Part shown: one piece after another, positions 48,517 to 57,531 of the stretch
Numbering within the stretch: position 1 is the stretch's first letter
Layout: the number at the start of each line of letters is the position of its first letter
Assembly: GCA_041674805.1 (NCBI GenBank)
Contig: JBAYVA010000002.1
Coordinates: forward strand, 184,294 to 248,293
Direction of reading: 5' to 3'
From: Candidatus Magasanikiibacteriota bacterium
GTDB taxonomy: Bacteria > Patescibacteriota > Patescibacteriia > Magasanikbacterales > UBA922
Length of the DNA stretch: 64,000 bases
Program-made: the position numbers and the translations under genes
The notes under the pieces: generated by a model
What the model was told of the DNA's origin: nothing
Seen by the model: the letters and a program-made list of their open reading frames with translations, nothing else
The model's database searches: none

Positions 48517-49368
48517 TTGAATTCTATGTCAAATAAATTACAAAATTTTTTTTTGGCAATCTTGTTTATTCTTGTTTTGGTTTTGACTTTTTGGTTAGTT
48601 ACTGTTTTGATTTGGAACAATATTTTGGTAAAAAATTTGGAAAATAAAAATGATGCAAATTCTAATTTAGAAGATGTAGTTGCTTGTACGATGGATGCTA
48701 AGATGTGTCCTGATGGTTCTTATGTTGCTAGAGTAGCGCCTGACTGTGAATTTGAAGCTTGTCCTGAAGAAGAAACAAATATTGATAAAGATTCTGGATT
48801 TTTACCAGAAGATAATACTACTTTTGAAAATCAAAATATGATGAATTGGTATGAAAATAAACCATTATCTTTTGATAATCTTGATTGGCAAGAAATTACA
48901 AGATCTGATGGTGTAAAATTCATAGCTCCTATACATGCACCTTTCTTTAATTGGTCACCAGAAGTAAAAATATCCAAAGGAAAATTGAATTGTCCTATAT
49001 CAGATATTCCTTCAAATAGTCCTGCACCTCATTTTGTTGAAAAAAATATTGGAGATAAAAAATACTGTTTATATGTCTATGGGGAAGGTGCGGCAGGAAC
49101 TTCTTATAGTAGTAGTTTATATATCACTGAGGTTGAAGAGGGACTTTTAGTAGAAATACCTGTTGTAGTATCACATACTAATTGTGGAGTTTATGGGGAT
49201 GAAGATATTGAAAAATGTGAGATTGGACAAAAATCCTGGAATAATTTTATGGAAGCAAATTTAGATAATTTTATAAATAAAATAATAAATAGTATAGAAA
49301 TTCCAAACAATATTAAAGCTGATTTTCCTGAATATAATATACAGGAGTTTATAATTAATAATTTTTAA
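48517..49368 (+). CDS. Membrane-anchored Cys-rich secreted protein, paralog 1.
   Basis: N-terminal TM helix and the shared motif 'CTMDAKMCPDGSYVARVAPDCEFEACPEE'. Confidence 0.55.
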   Translation: MNSMSNKLQNFFLAILFILVLVLTFWLVTVLIWNNILVKNLENKNDANSNLEDVVACTMDAKMCPDGSYVARVAPDCEFEACPEEETNIDKDSGFLPEDNTTFENQNMMNWYENKPLSFDNLDWQEITRSDGVKFIAPIHAPFFNWSPEVKISKGKLNCPISDIPSNSPAPHFVEKNIGDKKYCLYVYGEGAAGTSYSSSLYITEVEEGLLVEIPVVVSHTNCGVYGDEDIEKCEIGQKSWNNFMEANLDNFINKIINSIEIPNNIKADFPEYNIQEFIINNF

Positions 49369-49373
49369 AAAAC

Positions 49374-50081
49374 ATGAATATGAATGAAAAAAAATCATGG
49401 TTAATTATAATTTTGGTTTTTGTGATGTTAGTCGTGGCTACTTTTGTTGTAATTTTTATTTTATTTAAAGATTCTTGGTTTGAATCACAATCCAATAATC
49501 CAAATAACAATAATGAAGATAATACAGTTTATTGCACTGCTGACGCCAAGATGTGTCCTGATGGTTCTTATGTTGGTAGAGTAGCACCTGACTGTGAATT
49601 TGAAGCTTGTCCTGAAGTAATTAGTAGTTCTACCAATGAGGGTTTCTTGCCAGAAGTAAATAACAGTTTTGATGCTGTAATTTGGGAAGAAGTAAACAAA
49701 AATAATTTAATTTATCAAGTACCAAAAGAAATTGGTGGTTTCAATTTTGTAAAATTAAACGATTTCCCAACAGAGGTAAAATTATTAGATGAAAAATTTT
49801 CTTGTGAAGAAGAAGGTGATACAAAAAAAATAATTAATAGTACAACATATTGTGTAAATGTTTTTTCTGAAGGTGCTGCTGGTAGTATATTTGATACTTA
49901 TAATTACACTACATCTTTTTCTGATAACAAAGTATTAGAAATTGTGTTTACTGTAATTTTTCCACAATGTATGAATTATGATGGTTTGAGAGCAGAAGAT
50001 TGTATTCAAGAAGAAAAAGATTTTAATATAGATTATTTGATAGGTAGAGTTGCAAAAAGTGTAAATGAAGTTAGTAACTAA
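49374..50081 (+). CDS. Membrane-anchored Cys-rich secreted protein, paralog 2.
   Basis: N-terminal TM helix and the shared motif 'CTADAKMCPDGSYVGRVAPDCEFEACPEV'. Confidence 0.55.
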   Translation: MNMNEKKSWLIIILVFVMLVVATFVVIFILFKDSWFESQSNNPNNNNEDNTVYCTADAKMCPDGSYVGRVAPDCEFEACPEVISSSTNEGFLPEVNNSFDAVIWEEVNKNNLIYQVPKEIGGFNFVKLNDFPTEVKLLDEKFSCEEEGDTKKIINSTTYCVNVFSEGAAGSIFDTYNYTTSFSDNKVLEIVFTVIFPQCMNYDGLRAEDCIQEEKDFNIDYLIGRVAKSVNEVSN

Positions 50082-50097
50082 ATAATTTTTTTCAAAA

Positions 50098-50131
50098 TAA
50101 AAATCACCATAGATTGAATGGTGATTTTTTA
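50098..50131 (+). terminator. Rho-independent terminator.
   Basis: aaaatcaccat-agattga-atggtgattttttatt. Confidence 0.7.
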
Positions 50132-50203
50132 TTGATTATTTTTTTTGTTGGGGATAAGTAGTTATTGCGATTTTGTCGCAGTTGTGTTATTATAACTTTG
50201 ACT

Positions 50204-50581
50204 ATGAAAAGTATTATCACACAACTTACTCAAGCTGGCTACAAATGTACTAAGCCTAGAAAAGAGGTTTTGGATTTTTTGGAAAAAAATCATCATGCTA
50301 TTTCTGCTCAAGATTTGCACAAACAAATTTCCAAAGTAGATAGAGCCTCTGTTTATCGCACTTTAAATTTGTTGGAAGAATTGGGGATAGTCAATATTGA
50401 AAATTTTAATAATGAAAAATTGTATTGTTTGTCAGCTGAACCTCATCATCATATCATTTGCAAAAAATGTGGGTTTAGTGAGGAAGTACCTTGTACTTAT
50501 GAACATTATAATTTTAGTAATTTTAGTAATGTACAACATCAGATGACTTTGACCGGTGTTTGTAATAAATGTAATAAATAA
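50204..50581 (+). CDS. zur: Fur-family metalloregulator (Zur-like).
   Basis: 'KPRKEVLDFL' DNA-binding helix, 'HHHIIC..CG' and C-terminal 'CNKCNK' metal sites. The start is taken at the internal Met. Confidence 0.75.
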   Translation: MKSIITQLTQAGYKCTKPRKEVLDFLEKNHHAISAQDLHKQISKVDRASVYRTLNLLEELGIVNIENFNNEKLYCLSAEPHHHIICKKCGFSEEVPCTYEHYNFSNFSNVQHQMTLTGVCNKCNK

Positions 50582-50586
50582 AAAAT

Positions 50587-51510
50587 ATGTTGAAAAAAAT
50601 ATTTTTGTCTGTCGTTTTGTTTTTTGCTGTAACTCTTTTTTTAGGTGGTTGTAGTTTGCAAAATTCTTCTGAAGATACAAAAAATAGTGAACAAAAAATA
50701 AAAGTAGCTGCTAGTATTTTTCCTTTATATGATATAACAAAAGAAATTGCGGGAGATAAAATTGATGTTAGTTTGATTCTTCCTCCTGGCGCTAGCCCTC
50801 ACACTTTCGAAGTTTCAGCTTCTCAAATAAAAAAATTACAGGGTGTAAAATTGTTTTTTGTTATTGGTCAAAATTTGGATGCTTGGGTAGAAAATATTTC
50901 TTCAACAATCTCAGACTCGAAAACTGTTGATTTGAGTATGGTAGTAGAATTGCAACAACTAGATGAGAATAATCCAAATCATAGACCTGATGAAGAAGAT
51001 GAAGGTTTAGATCCTCACTATTGGCTAAGTCCAAAAAATATTTATACTGTATCTGAAGAAATTTTGAATCAATTGGTATTATTATCTCCAGAAAATGAAA
51101 GTTACTTTTTGGGTAATTATAATAATTTTGTAAATCAATTGCAGACCAAAGATGTCGAGTGGCAAGAAAAGATGAATAGTTTGACTAACAAAAATATTGT
51201 AGTATTTCATGATGCTTGGGGCTATTTTGCGGATCATTTTGGTTTGACTGTTGTTGGTACTTTTGAACCTTTTCCTGGACAAGAGCCTACTCCTCAATAT
51301 TTGAAAGAATTACAAGCTTCTGTCAAAGAATATAATATTAAAGCATTGTTTGCAGAACCACAGTTGTCTCAAGATTCTATCAAGACTTTAGCTAAAGATT
51401 TGGGAGTAGATATAAAAGTTTTGGATCCTACTGGTGGTGTAGAAGGACGTGCTAGTTATATTGAGATGATGGATTTTAATGTGAATAATGTATTTGATTT
51501 ATTAAAATAA
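50587..51510 (+). CDS. znuA: Metal (Zn/Mn) ABC-transporter substrate-binding lipoprotein, TroA/ZnuA family.
   Basis: Lipobox 'LGGCS', a His/Asp/Glu-rich loop 'NPNHRPDEEDEGLDPHYW' and the 'FHDAWGYF' motif. Confidence 0.7.
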   Translation: MLKKIFLSVVLFFAVTLFLGGCSLQNSSEDTKNSEQKIKVAASIFPLYDITKEIAGDKIDVSLILPPGASPHTFEVSASQIKKLQGVKLFFVIGQNLDAWVENISSTISDSKTVDLSMVVELQQLDENNPNHRPDEEDEGLDPHYWLSPKNIYTVSEEILNQLVLLSPENESYFLGNYNNFVNQLQTKDVEWQEKMNSLTNKNIVVFHDAWGYFADHFGLTVVGTFEPFPGQEPTPQYLKELQASVKEYNIKALFAEPQLSQDSIKTLAKDLGVDIKVLDPTGGVEGRASYIEMMDFNVNNVFDLLK

Positions 51511-51518
51511 TATTTGGA

Positions 51519-51612
51519 AGTTCCCCTCCTATTAGGAGGGGCTAGGGGAAGTATAGAGTAATATAAAACGTTTTATTCAAAGATGGACCCCCTCTAACTC
51601 CCCCTAATAAGG
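51519..51612. repeat. GC-rich palindromic interspersed element, copy B, in inverted orientation relative to copy A.
   Basis: Its reverse complement matches 36868-36966 over about 95 nt with about 12 substitutions. Confidence 0.8.
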
Positions 51613-51630
51613 AAAAAATAATAAAAAAGT

Positions 51631-52350
51631 ATGTTAATAAAAGTACAAAACCTATCCTACAAATTCAACGATTTCACAGCCTTGGAAAATGTGTCTTTTG
51701 AAATTGCCAAAGGAGAGATTGTGGCTATCATTGGTCCAAATGGCAGTGGTAAGACTACTTTGATAAAAAATATTATAGGAGTTTTGGAACCAACTGAAGG
51801 AAGTGTGATGATTGATGGCAAAAAACCAAAAGAAATAAGACACAAAATTGGTTATGTGCCACAAAAATTTGAATTCGATAAAACAATTCCTATCAGTGTT
51901 CATGAATTCATGAGTCTAGAAAAATGTGGCAAAAAAGGTCATGATGAAAAAAATATTATAGAAGCTCTAAGAGAAGTTGGTTTGGAAGATGTGGAAGAAA
52001 AACAATTGGGTAGTTTGTCTGGTGGTCAATTTCAACGAGTTATGATTGCTCGGGCACTGCTTCATGAAAAAGAAATCTTAATTTTTGATGAGCCTTCTAC
52101 GGGAATAGACATTGCTGGAGAAAAAACTATTTATGATTTGATAAAAAAAATAAATGAAGAACGTGGTACTACTTGTCTGATTGTTTCTCACGAACTTAAC
52201 GTTGTTAACAAATATACCAAAAAAGTAATTTGTATCAATAAAGAAATGGTTTGTTTTGGAGCACCAGAAATTGTGATTACCAAAGAGACTTTGGAGAAAC
52301 TGTATGGTAGTGATACTGGTTTGTTTCATGCGCATGATCATATTCATTAG
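51631..52350 (+). CDS. znuC: ABC-transporter ATP-binding protein (ZnuC-like).
   Basis: Walker A 'GPNGSGKTT', the signature 'LSGGQFQR' and Walker B 'ILIFDEP'. Confidence 0.8.
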   Translation: MLIKVQNLSYKFNDFTALENVSFEIAKGEIVAIIGPNGSGKTTLIKNIIGVLEPTEGSVMIDGKKPKEIRHKIGYVPQKFEFDKTIPISVHEFMSLEKCGKKGHDEKNIIEALREVGLEDVEEKQLGSLSGGQFQRVMIARALLHEKEILIFDEPSTGIDIAGEKTIYDLIKKINEERGTTCLIVSHELNVVNKYTKKVICINKEMVCFGAPEIVITKETLEKLYGSDTGLFHAHDHIH

Positions 52351-52357
52351 TATAGTA

Positions 52358-52387
52358 ATCCCGATTCGCTGAAAGACGAAGAGGGAT
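52358..52387. promoter_or_regulatory. Hairpin-family copy 1 (ATCCC-GA-TTCG-loop-CGAA-GA-GGGAT), 8 nt after the znuC stop codon.
   Basis: aATCCCgaTTCGctgaaagaCGAAgaGGGATc. Confidence 0.5.
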
Positions 52388-52477
52388 CTGTAGACCCTGT
52401 TAACTTTTATCTATTCAAAAACGTTTTTTAGAATCAATTTCAGGTTTATTAAATAAAAATATTTATACTTAAAAAAG

Positions 52478-52505
52478 ATCCCTCGTCGTATTCTCGACTC
52501 GGGAT
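52478..52505 (+). promoter_or_regulatory. Hairpin-family copy 2, immediately 5' of the znuB start.
   Basis: ATCCCtcGTCGtattctCGACtcGGGAT. Confidence 0.5.
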
Positions 52506-52506
52506 T

Positions 52507-53340
52507 GTGAGATACTCTATGCTAGAATTCCTACAATATCCCTTCATGATCAGAGCTCTGGTGAGTGGTATTTTTGTTTCCATTTTGCTTGGCTGGCTCG
52601 GTACTTTTGTGGTGACTCGCAAGATGAGTTTTATTGGCGACGGAATTGCTCATGCTTCTTTATCGGGTATTGCCTTGGCTATTTTGCTTGGTTGGGCACC
52701 GATTCCGACAGCTGTAATTTTGGCTAGTATCATCGCTGTAATTATTTATTTTTTGGAAAAGAAAACCAATATATCTAGTGATATGGCTATCGCTATTATG
52801 CTGACGACTGGCATGGCGATTGGTATTATTTTGCTAAGTTTTTATCAAGGTTATCAACCAGAACTAATGAGTTATTTGTTTGGAAATATTTTGGCTATCA
52901 ATAGTTATGATATGTTTTCTATTTTGATTATTGGTTTTTTTGTCTTGTTAATTTTATTTATTTTTTATCGCAAAATTTTGTTTAGTACTTTTGATCCAAT
53001 AGGTGCATATTTAGCTGGTATAAATATTTGGATTTTTGATTTGTTGCTTTATGTTTCGACTGCTGTAGTAATTATTCTTAGTATCAAGCTCGTTGGTGTG
53101 ATTCTGGTGAGTTCATTGCTTGTGACGCCTAGTGCGATTGCTAAAATGTTTGTCAGAAGTTTCAAAGCCTTTACTTGGCTGACTGTATTATTTTCTGTAC
53201 TTATAATTTCTTGTGGTTTGATTTTATCTTACTATCTTGATTTGCCATCTGGTGCGACGATTATTCTCACGGGAACTGGTTTGTTTATTTTGGCGTTTTT
53301 GTTTTCTCTTGCCTTAAAAAATAAAAGCATTAAAACATAG
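52507..53340 (+). CDS. znuB: Metal ABC-transporter permease (ZnuB-like).
   Basis: Eight TM helices typical of the ZnuB/TroCD fold; GTG start at 52507 or ATG at 52519. Confidence 0.75.
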   Translation: MRYSMLEFLQYPFMIRALVSGIFVSILLGWLGTFVVTRKMSFIGDGIAHASLSGIALAILLGWAPIPTAVILASIIAVIIYFLEKKTNISSDMAIAIMLTTGMAIGIILLSFYQGYQPELMSYLFGNILAINSYDMFSILIIGFFVLLILFIFYRKILFSTFDPIGAYLAGINIWIFDLLLYVSTAVVIILSIKLVGVILVSSLLVTPSAIAKMFVRSFKAFTWLTVLFSVLIISCGLILSYYLDLPSGATIILTGTGLFILAFLFSLALKNKSIKT

Positions 53341-53390
53341 AAACATTTCACCCTACGGGTGATCAGCCAAAGGCTGAAAAATAATTGAAC

Positions 53391-53421
53391 AAAAAAACAA
53401 CTTTGACGAGTTGTTTTTTTG
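53391..53421. terminator. Bidirectional terminator.
   Basis: aaaaaaacaac-tttgacga-gttgttttttt. Confidence 0.65.
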
Positions 53422-53434
53422 TTCAAAATAAATT

Positions 53435-53746
53435 TTATTTTATTTGTGCGTAAGCTGTATTTAAACATTTTGAGATATCTAATTTATCAGGGTCATCTCT
53501 ATGTAAATCTGGATGAAATAATTTGATTAATTCTCTATACCTTTTCTTTATTTCATCTTTTGATGATCCTACTGGTATGCCTAATATTATATAAGCATCC
53601 GGTTTTTCTCCATTTTTTAATTGAGATAGATAAGTTAATATTCTTTTTTCTTCTGTTATTTTGTTTTCTCTATCATCATTATTTTCCTCAAGTATACTTT
53701 TTAGTTTTTCCTCTTTTTGAAAAGGGGGAATGTATTGTTCTTGCAT
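53435..53746 (-). CDS. J-domain (DnaJ-like) small protein.
   Basis: 'DAYIILGIPVGSSKDEIKKRYRELIKLFHPDL' carries the HPD motif. Confidence 0.7.
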   Translation of the reverse strand: MQEQYIPPFQKEEKLKSILEENNDDRENKITEEKRILTYLSQLKNGEKPDAYIILGIPVGSSKDEIKKRYRELIKLFHPDLHRDDPDKLDISKCLNTAYAQIK

Positions 53747-53817
53747 ATTTTTAAGTTATTTATTATTCTAAAAAATTTATTATATAAATATTTTTTTATT
53801 TTGTACTAGCAAAATTA

Positions 53818-55644
53818 TTACAACTTCCAATCCACTGGCAATTTTCCAGTAAAATCAAAATCTCCAAACAAAACATCGGCAACACCTTGTCCTTCACTGC
53901 CGGGGAGCCAAGAGGCTATAATTCCGTCCCAATTTTTGGCATAGTCTTTTATATCTAGTGGACGTCCAGAGACTATTATTACTACTATTTTTTTGCTTTT
54001 TGCTTGTACCTTTTCTATTACCAATAAATCCTCAGGACTTAAAATTGGATTGGCAATATCTCCCCAGCCTTCGGCATAAGGTTTTTCACCGACAATAGCA
54101 ATGCCAACGTCGGCTAGATTATTTGTGGTAGCAAAATTTCCTTCTTTATTATAATCAATTTCAGTATCTTTGGAAATAGTATTTTTGATAGCTTCAAGAA
54201 TGGTCGTGCCCAAAATACCAGCATTGCCATCTATACCTTGCCATTCAGTCGTCCAGCCACCTGCTTGGCGACCCAAATTATCGGCTGATCCACCTGCCAC
54301 GATGATTTTTTTCAATGTTTTGGATAATGGTAATACTGAATTTTTATTTTTTAATAATACTTGAGATTTACGAACTGCTTCTCTGGCTATTGCGCGGTGC
54401 TCTTCACTGCCTATCACGGACAAGCCTTCTGCTAGAGCTTCCGGACGATCGAATAAGCCTGTCTCAAATTTCACGGTCAAAATTCTTTTGACAGCATCGT
54501 CTATGCGCTCTTTTGTGATATCACCATTAGTCACGGCTTTTTGCATATTGGAGATAAAATCTTTGTAATCAAATGGTGTCATCACCATATCGATCCCGGC
54601 GTTCACTGCTCTGACTAATGAATTATATTTATTATTTTCGATGAGATAGACACCGTACCAATCGGAAACTACAAAACCATAAAATTTCATTTCATTTTTT
54701 AGAATTTCTGTCAAAAGATGATAATTGTCAGAGTTTTTGGTATCTTGCCAACTAGCAGTACCTACCATAATGACGCGCGCTCCAGCTGTGATTGCTTTTT
54801 GGAAAGGAGGTAAATGAACTTGACGTAAAGTTTTTTCGTCAATAGTTATATTGCCTTCTTCTATTTGAAAATCTTTATTGCGGGATGTGCCATATATCAT
54901 ATCTCCTCCACCAATAAAATGTTTTGGGTTGGCTAAGACATTGAAATAGCCAGAGGATGAATCTTGTGTACCTTCTAAATAAGCAACTCCCAGTTGCGCG
55001 ACAGTGTCTGTATTTGAGCCAAAAGTTTCGTAGTTTTTGCCCCAACGGATATCTTGGGCAACATCAAGATTGGGAGCAAAATTCCAATAAATTCCTGTCG
55101 CGGCCATTTCATCGGCCGTTGCTTTGGCGACTCGTTTCACTAAATCTGGATCCTGGCTAGCGCCCAAACCAATAGCATGAGGGAAAATGGTAGCTCCAAG
55201 TACATTGCCATGGCCATGGACAGAGTCAATGCCATACAAAAGTGGTATGCCTAGACAAGTATCTTTGGCAGCGTCTTGGAAATTATTTATCATTTGTAAC
55301 CAGGCTAGTGGAGTATCAGTTTTTGGTCCAGCTCCACCACCGCTTAATAATGCTCCTAAATTATATTTGCTAATATCATTAATATTATTGATACTATTTT
55401 TTTCAATCAAAACCATTTGTCCTATTTTTTCTACCTCAGTCATTCTACTCATTAAGTCGGTGACTCTTTCGTCAATTGTTAATTTTGAATTTTGGTAAGG
55501 AAGATTTGTTTGATGACAATTAATATTTTCATTAGTAGGTGATGAAGATGGTAATTTGAGAAAAACAAAAATTGATGTCACAATTAGTAGTGACGGTATA
55601 ATTAAAAAGGTAATCAATTTTGAACGATAAAAATTAGAATTCAT
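53818..55644 (-). CDS. Glycoside hydrolase family 3 (beta-glucosidase / beta-N-acetylhexosaminidase-like), secreted.
   Basis: Signal/TM anchor, 'GIDSVHGHGN' and the 'FVVSDW' catalytic-Asp region. Confidence 0.8.
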   Translation of the reverse strand: MNSNFYRSKLITFLIIPSLLIVTSIFVFLKLPSSSPTNENINCHQTNLPYQNSKLTIDERVTDLMSRMTEVEKIGQMVLIEKNSINNINDISKYNLGALLSGGGAGPKTDTPLAWLQMINNFQDAAKDTCLGIPLLYGIDSVHGHGNVLGATIFPHAIGLGASQDPDLVKRVAKATADEMAATGIYWNFAPNLDVAQDIRWGKNYETFGSNTDTVAQLGVAYLEGTQDSSSGYFNVLANPKHFIGGGDMIYGTSRNKDFQIEEGNITIDEKTLRQVHLPPFQKAITAGARVIMVGTASWQDTKNSDNYHLLTEILKNEMKFYGFVVSDWYGVYLIENNKYNSLVRAVNAGIDMVMTPFDYKDFISNMQKAVTNGDITKERIDDAVKRILTVKFETGLFDRPEALAEGLSVIGSEEHRAIAREAVRKSQVLLKNKNSVLPLSKTLKKIIVAGGSADNLGRQAGGWTTEWQGIDGNAGILGTTILEAIKNTISKDTEIDYNKEGNFATTNNLADVGIAIVGEKPYAEGWGDIANPILSPEDLLVIEKVQAKSKKIVVIIVSGRPLDIKDYAKNWDGIIASWLPGSEGQGVADVLFGDFDFTGKLPVDWKL

Positions 55645-55782
55645 GATATTTTTTATATTTTTTTTAGGATTTGATGATAAAGAAAAATAATTTTATTTTA
55701 GCCAAAAGATGCTTGCTAGTCGTATATTATGTCGTCAGTCTTATAACTAGCAAACATAGATAGAACAAACTAATATTGTTTG

Positions 55783-55932
55783 TTATACTATTTTTTGACC
55801 TTTAATCAGTCTTACGAGTACTACGATAACAGCTACTACAAGTAGGATGTGAATGAAACCTCCGATTGTGTAGGAAGTCACTACTCCTAGTAACCATAAG
55901 ACGATTAGAACGATAGCGATAGTCCAAAGCAT
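55783..55932 (-). CDS. Lmo0937-family small membrane protein.
   Basis: 'MLWTIAIVLIVLWLLGVVTSYTIGGFIHILLVVAVIVVLVRLI'. Confidence 0.6.
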   Translation of the reverse strand: MLWTIAIVLIVLWLLGVVTSYTIGGFIHILLVVAVIVVLVRLIKGQKIV

Positions 55933-56193
55933 ATGGGTATGTATTAATGAATTAATTTTTGTAATTACCCCTCTATTTGAGTATAGCATAGAAACGTACT
56001 TATGCCATAGTGTATTTTTTTGAGAAAATTTTTGGATTTAGGTTTCTACTGTTTTTAGGTATTATAAAAAACCTTTGTTTAAAAGGTTTTTTATTATTTC
56101 GTAGGATATTCGCGCATATATAAGTTTTTTGTGCTGTACAATGATTTAGTTTAGTGACTATAAAGATTGAATTGCAAGGTGATGCGTTAATTT

Positions 56194-56481
56194 TTATTTT
56201 TCGAAATCCTGAAAGTAAACATATTCACATTTCATATTTGTTTTTTTCTCAAACTCAGCTATTTCTACTCTTATTTGTCTTAATCCAATCCAAACACACT
56301 GTATTTCATCGATGCCATAAACATAAAATTTTTTTTCGTAGTTAGGACCAGAAATTTTGCATTCACAACGACGATCATCATTTGGTGATTTCGGATCAAG
56401 TTCAGGTTGACCTATTGAAATTTCAATGAAGTCTTTCGTACCTATAAGAGGATATTTAGCTTTTAGATATAGCTTTAACAT
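56194..56481 (-). CDS. Hypothetical protein.
   Basis: 95-aa ORF with no recognisable motifs. Confidence 0.3.
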   Translation of the reverse strand: MLKLYLKAKYPLIGTKDFIEISIGQPELDPKSPNDDRRCECKISGPNYEKKFYVYGIDEIQCVWIGLRQIRVEIAEFEKKTNMKCEYVYFQDFEK

Positions 56482-56643
56482 GTTGTGATTTTTTTAAAAA
56501 ACTATTTATTTGTTAATAATGTTACTTTGCTGTTAAATGTTATATAACGTTCGCGTGTATGAGAAGTTTACGAATTACATTTGGGTGGAGATTTTTGAAA
56601 AAAAACGTAACCTTATATATGTTGTTGTGTGATGTAACAAAAT

Positions 56644-56820
56644 TATTCGCCAGCCATTGTTCCAAGTAAAAGTAAAAATAATACAACTATCGCACCAATA
56701 GTTACAACTTTTTCATAGATGGAACGTTCTTTCCATGATTTCATAAATTGAATCACTACGAAGTGAATCAGAAGGTAAATCATTATAACTCCTATTACAA
56801 TGTAAAAAATTTCCATTACA
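56644..56820 (-). CDS. Possible small two-TM membrane protein (58 aa), below the ORF-track length cutoff.
   Basis: Manual translation of the reverse complement gives MEIFYIVIGVIMIYLLIHFVVIQFMKSWKERSIYEKVVTIGAIVVLFLLLLGTMAGE. Confidence 0.25.
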
Positions 56821-57059
56821 AAAGTTCAAACAAGAAATGAAACTTCGAAGATTTAGCAATAAGACTATAAAAAGCTATCTGTATTATACACAAGAGTGCC
56901 TGCGCTTTGCAAGGACTGTGAATAACTATTTTTTTATTTAAAGTTCATTTTTATTTTACATTTATCCCCATTTGTTCTAAAATAGAAAAGTAGTTAAACT
57001 ATACGAGTTGTATTTACTAAATTTATTTGATTATATAGTGAAGCTCTTACTTATGAAAG

Positions 57060-57087
57060 ATCTTTCGCTGTATTCTCAGCTTAAGAT
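57060..57087 (+). promoter_or_regulatory. Hairpin-family copy 3 (outer stem ATCTT/AAGAT), 9 nt before the ATG at 57097.
   Basis: ATCTTtcGCTGtattctCAGCttAAGAT. Confidence 0.5.
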
Positions 57088-57096
57088 GGCAAAAAA

Positions 57097-57531
57097 ATGT
57101 CTCATCCTTTCAAAAAAATGTTAAAAAGTCATTATTGCAAAATTGTTTTTGCTTTCTTTTTTGTACTTAGTTTTTATCTAGTACCACACAAATTGTTTCA
57201 AGGTTTGTACTTGCTTTTGGTAGTCTTGTTTTCGCTTAGTTTTTCGGCTGTGATGACTTGCTTAGTCTTGAATATGAAAGAGAGATACAAGAACGCCAGA
57301 GATGCTGGCAAAAGCGTCCTGGGTATTGTAGCGGCCCTTCTGGGCTTGTCTGCTTTGCAGGTTTGTACGGTTGGTGGAGGATTTTGTGCAATATCACTTG
57401 GTAGCAGTATTGTGGCCACGATTTTCCCTGGTACAGCTTTTCATTTTTTGGGACAACATGCAGTAATTATTATTATTTTATCTATTTTGATTCAGTGGTA
57501 TTCGTTGTATAAGATGAAGTGTTTTAGGTAA
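57097..57531 (+). CDS. Hypothetical integral membrane protein.
   Basis: 144 aa with four hydrophobic helices. Confidence 0.45.
   Translation: MSHPFKKMLKSHYCKIVFAFFFVLSFYLVPHKLFQGLYLLLVVLFSLSFSAVMTCLVLNMKERYKNARDAGKSVLGIVAALLGLSALQVCTVGGGFCAISLGSSIVATIFPGTAFHFLGQHAVIIIILSILIQWYSLYKMKCFR

Noticed and set aside
48693-49617. Near-identical 76-nt segments in adjacent paralogs as a DGR template/variable repeat pair.
   Set aside because: The four mismatches are not adenine-specific (t>c, t>c, c>g, g>a), no reverse transcriptase or accessory gene is in the window, and the segment encodes a conserved Cys motif rather than a variable ligand-binding tip.
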